From contig CAVUVW010000021.1 of assembly GCA_963745035.1 (NCBI GenBank), positions 320,001-384,000 of the forward strand: a stretch of DNA of 64,000 bases. The letters run 5' to 3'. How positions within the stretch are numbered: the stretch's first letter is position 1; the number at the start of each line of letters is the position of its first letter. Source of the DNA: an uncultured delta proteobacterium (GTDB taxonomy: Bacteria; Desulfobacterota; Binatia; UBA9968). This document shows positions 58,362 through 64,000 of this stretch, piece after piece. The translations under genes were made by a program, and so were the position numbers. A model generated the notes under the pieces. That model did not search any database and was not told the origin of the DNA. It worked only from the letters and a program-made list of their open reading frames with translations.

Positions 58362-59609
58362 ATGAAATACGAGCTCTTTATCGGCCTCCGCTATCTCCAG
58401 GCGCGGCGACGCGAGACTTTCATCTCATTGATCACGGTGATCTCGATCCTCGGTGTGATGATCGGCGTGATGACTCTAAACGTCGTCATGGCGGTGATGA
58501 CCGGTTTCGAAGAGACGCTGCGCGACCGCCTGCTCGGCATCAATGCCCACGCCGCGATCGTTCGCTCGGGCGAGCCAATGGGCGACTACGAAAAAGTGAT
58601 CGAGCAAGTGAAAAGCGTAGAAGGCGTGGTGGCGGCGTCGCCGACGATCTACGGCCAAGTCATGCTGACTTCCGGCTCGCGGGTCTCGGGCGTGGTCGTG
58701 CGCGGCGTCGATCCGGATCGGGTAAACGGAGTAGTCAACATCCAACGCTATCTTCGTGAAGGAAGCCTCGCGGGATTAAAAACCCAGCATCCGATCCAGG
58801 TGGAAGACCGCACGGTGCTCCTTCCCGGCATCATTCTCGGCGAGCGCCTGGCCAATCAGCTCGGCGTGTTTTACGGCAGTCCGGTGCAGGTGGTCTCGCC
58901 GCTAGGGAGCCCGACCGCCATCGGCGTCATCCCCAAAGTGCGGCGGTTCGCCGTCGCCGGGGTGCTCCGCACCGGCATGAGCGAGGTCGATTCCACGCTG
59001 GTCTTCATGGGGCTCGCGGAGGCGCAAAAGTTTTTCGATCTCGAAGGCGCGGCGACCAATATCGAGCTGCGCATCAGCAACGTGAATCAGTCGCGGGAAG
59101 TGGCCGATGAGATCCAGCGCCGTCTGGGATTTCCCTATTTCGCCGAGGACTGGACCCGGCTCTGGCCCAACTTGTTTTCGGCGCTCGAGTTGGAAAAAAC
59201 CGTGTATTTTTTGGTGCTCCTGCTCATGGTGCTGGTCGGCGCTTTCAATATCGTTTCGACTCTGGTCATGGTCGTGATGGAAAAAAAGAAGGACATCGCG
59301 ATCCTGCGCTCGATGGGTGCAACACGGCAGAGCATTCGGAAGATTTTTCTACTTAAGGGCTGCCTCATCGGCATCGTCGGGACGATCCTCGGAGTAATCC
59401 TGGGTTTGCTCGTCTGCGCGCTGATCTCGCAATACGAATTCAATCTTCCCAAGGATGTTTTTCTGATCTCCACGGTGCCGGTCCGGGTCTACTTGAGCAA
59501 CTTCGTCGTGGTCGCCTGCGCCTCTTTCCTCGTTTGCCTGTTGGCGAGCATCTACCCGGCGCGCCAGGCCGCCAAGCTCGATCCGGTCGAAATCATCCGC
59601 TATGAATAA
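58362..59609 (+). CDS. Lipoprotein-releasing ABC transporter permease (LolC/E)
   Basis: IGLRYL, FISLITVIS, AVMTGF, FNIVSTLVMVVMEKKKDIAILRSMGA and YPARQAA motifs. Confidence 0.92.
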   Translation: MKYELFIGLRYLQARRRETFISLITVISILGVMIGVMTLNVVMAVMTGFEETLRDRLLGINAHAAIVRSGEPMGDYEKVIEQVKSVEGVVAASPTIYGQVMLTSGSRVSGVVVRGVDPDRVNGVVNIQRYLREGSLAGLKTQHPIQVEDRTVLLPGIILGERLANQLGVFYGSPVQVVSPLGSPTAIGVIPKVRRFAVAGVLRTGMSEVDSTLVFMGLAEAQKFFDLEGAATNIELRISNVNQSREVADEIQRRLGFPYFAEDWTRLWPNLFSALELEKTVYFLVLLLMVLVGAFNIVSTLVMVVMEKKKDIAILRSMGATRQSIRKIFLLKGCLIGIVGTILGVILGLLVCALISQYEFNLPKDVFLISTVPVRVYLSNFVVVACASFLVCLLASIYPARQAAKLDPVEIIRYE

Positions 59610-60279
59610 TCTTCTCTCGGTTAGAGAGTTGCACAAGTCCTTTTTTGAAGGCGGCGTTGAGATTCACGTCCTGCGCGGATTGAATCTCGATCTGGCCGAG
59701 GGCGAGCGGTTGGCGATCGTCGGCGAGTCCGGCGTCGGCAAGAGCACCTTGCTGCACGTGCTCGGCACGCTTGACCGGCCGAGCAGCGGCCAGATTTTTT
59801 ACGCGGGCAAAGAGCTGCCTTTGAACGACGAGAGCGCGCTCTGCAAGTTCCGCAACCGTGAAATCGGCTTCGTCTTCCAGTTTCATTACCTCTTGCCGGA
59901 TTTTTCGGCGCTGGAAAACGTCATGTTTCCGGCGCTGATTCAGGGCGCCGAACCGGCGCGCGCAAAAGCCGACGCGGAGCGCTTGCTCGATCTGGTTGGA
60001 TTGAAAGACCGGATCAGGCACCGCCCCGGCAAACTTTCCGGCGGGGAGCAGCAGCGCGTGGCGGTGGCTCGGGCGGTGATTTTAAAGCCGCGTCTTTTGC
60101 TCGCCGATGAGCCTACGGGCTCGCTCGATCTACGCATCGGGGACGAGGTCCACGAGCTGCTGTTCCGCCTTAACGAGGAGCATAACATCGCGCTGATCGT
60201 CGCCACCCACAATAGGGAATTCGCCGACAAGATCGGCAGGCGCGCCGTGCTCCAAGACGGGAAGCTGATACTGGGCTGA
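59602..60279 (+). CDS. lolD: Lipoprotein-releasing ABC transporter ATPase
   Basis: GESGVGKST, GFVFQFHYLL, LSGGEQQR and ADEPTG motifs. Confidence 0.92.
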   Translation: MNNLLSVRELHKSFFEGGVEIHVLRGLNLDLAEGERLAIVGESGVGKSTLLHVLGTLDRPSSGQIFYAGKELPLNDESALCKFRNREIGFVFQFHYLLPDFSALENVMFPALIQGAEPARAKADAERLLDLVGLKDRIRHRPGKLSGGEQQRVAVARAVILKPRLLLADEPTGSLDLRIGDEVHELLFRLNEEHNIALIVATHNREFADKIGRRAVLQDGKLILG

Positions 60280-60366
60280 ACGGATAAATTCGCTTTACAA
60301 AAGTATCCGAATTTGCTACAAAATCACAAAATTGCCCGGTCAATCATGCCATCTTCCAAAGCGCCG

Positions 60367-62796
60367 ATGAAAGTTAGCTCAGCCGCGAAATTTTCTGACC
60401 GGTGCGGTCTTGCGCTTGTGGTTCTCGTTGTTTCGCTGCTCACCCTCCCGGTAAAGGCGACGAGCCAGGGAAATGTCACGCTGCGCGATGTTAAAATCTC
60501 CGGTAACATCCGAGTCGAAGACGACGGCATCCGTCTCCATCTAAAGAGCAAGACCGGCGAATCGTTCAACTCCGCCACCGTGGAGCAGGATGTCAAGGCG
60601 ATCTATCGGATGGGTTTTTTCGACGACGTGCAGGCGGAGCTTTCGCCTGACGGCGTCTTGACTTACGCGGTCAAAGAAAAGCCTTACGTGCGCGAGCTGA
60701 GAATTCAGGGGGCCTCCCAGGTATCGCGGGAAAAAATCGAGGCGGCTCTCGGGTTGAGCCAGCGCACAATTCTCGACCGCGGTAAGGTCGCCGAAGGCGT
60801 CGACAAAGTCCGCAAGCTCTACACCGACCAAGGTTACGTGAACGCCGCCGTGGACTTCGCAGTCACGGTGGAATCGAACAACCAGGCGGTGGTTGAGCTC
60901 GACATCGTCGAGGGCGGGCGGCTCCTCATCAAACAGATTTCCTTCGAAGGCAACAAGGCGTTTTCCGAAGGCGAGCTCCGAGACCAGATCGCTACGAAGG
61001 AGGAGTGGATTTTTTCCTTCATCACCAATCGCGGCGTCCTGGATCGCGACATGCTGACCAATGACGTGGCGATACTCTCCCAATTCTACAACGATCACGG
61101 CTATGTCGAGAACAAGGTCGATGATCCGGTGATTCTGCGGGCGCGCGACGGTTTGGATGTCGTTTTCCGAGTTCATGAAGGCCCGCAGTACCGCGTCGGC
61201 AAGGTGGAGATCGGCGGCGATCTGATTCAGGACGGCAAGCAGATGCTCAAGTCGGTCAAACTGACTACCGGCCAGATTTTCAGAGGGAGCCGGCTGCGCG
61301 AGGACATCACGACTTTGTCGGAACTGTATTCGAACAAGGGATTTGCCTTCGTTCAAGTCGATCCGGTGACGAACATCGACCAGAGGCAAAAGATCGTCAA
61401 CGTCGCCCTGGTCATCACCAAGGGACCGCCGGTGTACTTCAATCGAGTCCTGGTCGCGGGCAACACCAAGACGCGCGACAAGGTGGTGCGGCGCGAGCTG
61501 CTGGCGAACGAGCAGGAGCTGTTCGCCGGCACGAAAGTGACCCAAAGCCGAAACGCGCTGCAACGAACCGGTTACTTCGAGGACGTGCAGATTACCAGCA
61601 AGAAAACCGGCCAGCCGGATACAGTGGATCTCCAGGTCGACGTAAAAGAAGGTCCCACCGGAACGTTCCAGGTCGGAGCGGGGTACAGCAGCGGCGACGG
61701 CTTCTTGTTCAACGCAAACATCGCCGAGAAAAATCTCATGGGCAGAGGTCAGGGCATCAGCGGGGTTTTCAGCATAGGTTCTGAGCGGCAGGATTTTATC
61801 CTCAGCGCGACCGATCCCTATTTCAACGACTCCCGGATGGCCCTTGGCATCGAGGCGTTCAGTACCGAGCGGGAGTTTACCGATTTCGACGAGAGGAAGC
61901 TTGGTTTTGCCGTGAACACCAGTTATCCGTTGACAGATTTTCGCATGCCGTTTTTTGGCCGCCCGCGGCCAATCCGGGAGGCCGGCTCGGATGAGCTTGC
62001 AAGCAGCGCGACGCCGACCATGTGGGATTACATGCGCGGCGGCGTCTCCTACAATCTTACCCGAGAGACGGTCGACAATATTGATAACAGCGCGCCCGAA
62101 TCGATTCAGTCGGAAAAGGGAACCTCGCTCACCAGCAGCGTCGCCCCGGGCCTCACCTACGACAGCCGGGATCATTTCTTTGCCCCCACGGAGGGAACCA
62201 AGTCGGCGTTCTCGGTCAAAGTGGCCGGGCTGGGCGGCGATTCGCGGTTTATCAAGTCGGACTTGAGCGGGCGGTGGCACTATCCTTTGCTCAAGGATCC
62301 CAAGTGGGGCGGCTCGTATGTTCTGGCTTTGGGCGGATCGGCGGGTTACGGCATCGGCTTAGCCGAGCGCAACAACGGCAAAAAGGACTTGCCTATTTTC
62401 GAGCGCTACTTTCTGGGCGGGATCAATTCTATCCGCGGATTTGCCGAACGCAGCATTGGGCCGCGCGAGCCGTCGGAGTGTTCTACCGAAAATGGCCAAA
62501 CCGTCTGCTCGAGCACAGACGTGGTCGGCGGCGAAAGGTCGCTCGTTATAAACGCGGAAATCCTTTTTCCGATCATGGAAGAGTACGGCATCCGCGGCGT
62601 TGCCTTCTTCGACATGGGAAATGCCTTTGGCAATGGTGAAAGCTTCAGCTTCAGCAGCATGCGGCGATCGATCGGCGCAGGCGTGCGCTGGATGTCGCCG
62701 TTCGGGCCGCTGCGGGTCGAGCTCGGGTTTCCGCTGAATAAGGAGTCCGACGACGAGACCTCGGTGCTCGGTTTCTCCATCGGCAGCCAACCCTAG
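60367..62796 (+). CDS. bamA: Outer membrane protein assembly factor BamA
   Basis: POTRA repeats (GNIRV, FEGNKAFS, GNTKTRDKVVRRE), GAGYS, SIRGF and WMSPFGPLR; start uncertain (60313-60367). Confidence 0.93.
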   Translation: MKVSSAAKFSDRCGLALVVLVVSLLTLPVKATSQGNVTLRDVKISGNIRVEDDGIRLHLKSKTGESFNSATVEQDVKAIYRMGFFDDVQAELSPDGVLTYAVKEKPYVRELRIQGASQVSREKIEAALGLSQRTILDRGKVAEGVDKVRKLYTDQGYVNAAVDFAVTVESNNQAVVELDIVEGGRLLIKQISFEGNKAFSEGELRDQIATKEEWIFSFITNRGVLDRDMLTNDVAILSQFYNDHGYVENKVDDPVILRARDGLDVVFRVHEGPQYRVGKVEIGGDLIQDGKQMLKSVKLTTGQIFRGSRLREDITTLSELYSNKGFAFVQVDPVTNIDQRQKIVNVALVITKGPPVYFNRVLVAGNTKTRDKVVRRELLANEQELFAGTKVTQSRNALQRTGYFEDVQITSKKTGQPDTVDLQVDVKEGPTGTFQVGAGYSSGDGFLFNANIAEKNLMGRGQGISGVFSIGSERQDFILSATDPYFNDSRMALGIEAFSTEREFTDFDERKLGFAVNTSYPLTDFRMPFFGRPRPIREAGSDELASSATPTMWDYMRGGVSYNLTRETVDNIDNSAPESIQSEKGTSLTSSVAPGLTYDSRDHFFAPTEGTKSAFSVKVAGLGGDSRFIKSDLSGRWHYPLLKDPKWGGSYVLALGGSAGYGIGLAERNNGKKDLPIFERYFLGGINSIRGFAERSIGPREPSECSTENGQTVCSSTDVVGGERSLVINAEILFPIMEEYGIRGVAFFDMGNAFGNGESFSFSSMRRSIGAGVRWMSPFGPLRVELGFPLNKESDDETSVLGFSIGSQP

Positions 62797-62844
62797 GCGA
62801 CTGCCATTCCCGCAATCTTTAACATCGATTCATCGGAGGTTTGA

Positions 62845-63354
62845 GTGAAGTACTGGCTTGTCGTCGGGATGCTCGTGTTCGGTTATTCGCTGAGCCATGC
62901 GCAAGAAAGGATCAAGATCGGCTATATCGATATTCAAAAGGTGATTTCCGAGTCGCAGGCCGGGAAGCGGGCGCGAGATCGTTTTCAGGCGCAGGTCAAA
63001 AAGGCCGAGAGCGATATCATGAAGGAGCGGCAAGACATCGAGCGCTTGAAGGCCGAGCTCGACAAGAAGGGACCGCTTCTCAAAGACGACGAACGGCGCA
63101 ATATCGAGGCCGACTTGCAAAAACGCTCGGTCAACCTGCAGCGCAGCATGTCGGACCACCAGCAGGAATTGCAGGTAAGAAACAACGAGATGATGTCCGA
63201 GATCCTCAAGGAGTTGGAGAAGATCGTCAACGAAGTGGGAAAAGCGGAAAAGTTCACGTTGATCCTCGAGCGTTCGCAGATTCTCTACAGCGATCAGGGC
63301 ATCGATATTACCGCCAAGGTCATCGAAAGCTACAACAGCCGGGCAAAAAAATAA
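62845..63354 (+). CDS. skp: OmpH/Skp periplasmic chaperone
   Basis: Signal peptide; KIGYIDIQKV, coiled coil and DITAKVI; lies between bamA and lpxD. Confidence 0.9.
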   Translation: MKYWLVVGMLVFGYSLSHAQERIKIGYIDIQKVISESQAGKRARDRFQAQVKKAESDIMKERQDIERLKAELDKKGPLLKDDERRNIEADLQKRSVNLQRSMSDHQQELQVRNNEMMSEILKELEKIVNEVGKAEKFTLILERSQILYSDQGIDITAKVIESYNSRAKK

Positions 63355-64000
63355 GTGGCGACCAGCAAAACTCTCGATGAACTGGCCGATCACGTCGGCG
63401 GACGAGTCATAGGAGACGGCAGCGTCGTCATTCACGAAGTGGCTCCCATCGACGAGGCTGCTCCCGGAGAGATCACTTTCCTTTCCAACCCGCGCTATCA
63501 AAAATACCTGGGGGAGTGCAAAGCCAGCGCCGTGATCGTCGGCCGCGGCGCCGTGGCGCGCGGCGCGCCGAGCGCGGTGCGTAATTTTCTCGAGGCCGCC
63601 GACCCCTACGTGGCGTTTGCCAAGATTCTGCAAGTTTTTCGCCCGCAAGCGCCGTTCAGCGGCGCGGTGAGCCCGCTCGCCTATATTGACGGGACGGCCG
63701 CGATCGCCGAGGGGACGACGATCTTCCCGCACGTGTTTGTCGGCCCCGGGGTCAAAGTCGGCCGGGGCTCGGTCCTCTTTCCCGGAGTCTATCTCGGGGA
63801 AAACGTCGCGATCGGCGAAGGCTCCGTGCTCCATGCCAACGTCGTGGTGCGCGAAGGATGCCGGATCGGCGATCGGGTGATCCTGCACGCCGGCGTAGTC
63901 GTCGGCAGCGACGGGTTCGGTTACGCGGGCGCCGGCGCGGCGCGCATCAAGATTCCCCAGACCGGCGTGGTCGTGATCGAGGACGACGTCGAGATCGGTG
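63355..64000 (+). CDS. lpxD: UDP-3-O-acylglucosamine N-acyltransferase (runs off the window)
   Basis: GTG start; EITFLSNPRY, DPYVAFAK, hexapeptide repeats and GSDGFGY...KIPQTG.VVIEDDVEIG. Confidence 0.93.
   Translation, partial: MATSKTLDELADHVGGRVIGDGSVVIHEVAPIDEAAPGEITFLSNPRYQKYLGECKASAVIVGRGAVARGAPSAVRNFLEAADPYVAFAKILQVFRPQAPFSGAVSPLAYIDGTAAIAEGTTIFPHVFVGPGVKVGRGSVLFPGVYLGENVAIGEGSVLHANVVVREGCRIGDRVILHAGVVVGSDGFGYAGAGAARIKIPQTGVVVIEDDVEIG

Overview
This is a GC-rich bacterial chromosomal window from a diderm organism. The gene repertoire (several NMT1/TctC-type binding proteins, UbiD, Amidohydro_2, cofH) suggests a deltaproteobacteria-like lineage such as Binatia; that assignment is inference. 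The left 42 kb is a metabolic and accessory mosaic: Lhr helicase, a lone molybdoenzyme large subunit, dgkA with an LPS-kinase-like gene and a methyltransferase, UbiD with an AMDase-like gene, a sulfatase, RavA/ViaA, a binding protein followed by two FAD oxidoreductases, an SDR, a Cache protein and a Co-type nitrile hydratase, an IS630 relic, TctC, a HAD hydrolase, two near-identical amidohydrolases, a four-helix-bundle gene bracketed by inverted heptamer arrays, DUF433, AbrB, an M48 peptidase, aapJQM and a tandem I9-like protein. The right 22 kb is mostly housekeeping: hisS, aspS, cofH, def, an Rrf2-led suf cluster without sufB that ends in a truncated globin, metF, lysS, lolC/E, lolD, bamA, skp and partial lpxD. 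Many single-base frameshifts, including in aspS and lysS, are most likely assembly errors. No rRNA, tRNA or CRISPR array was seen. The best candidates for novelty are: (1) the heptamer inverted-repeat cassette and the dispersed short-unit repeat arrays; (2) an unannotated 42-aa membrane protein behind a sigma54-type promoter; (3) a secreted protein made only of two I9-like propeptide repeats; (4) the sufB-less SUF operon with an atypical globin; (5) the flavoenzyme-pair and nitrile hydratase cluster.
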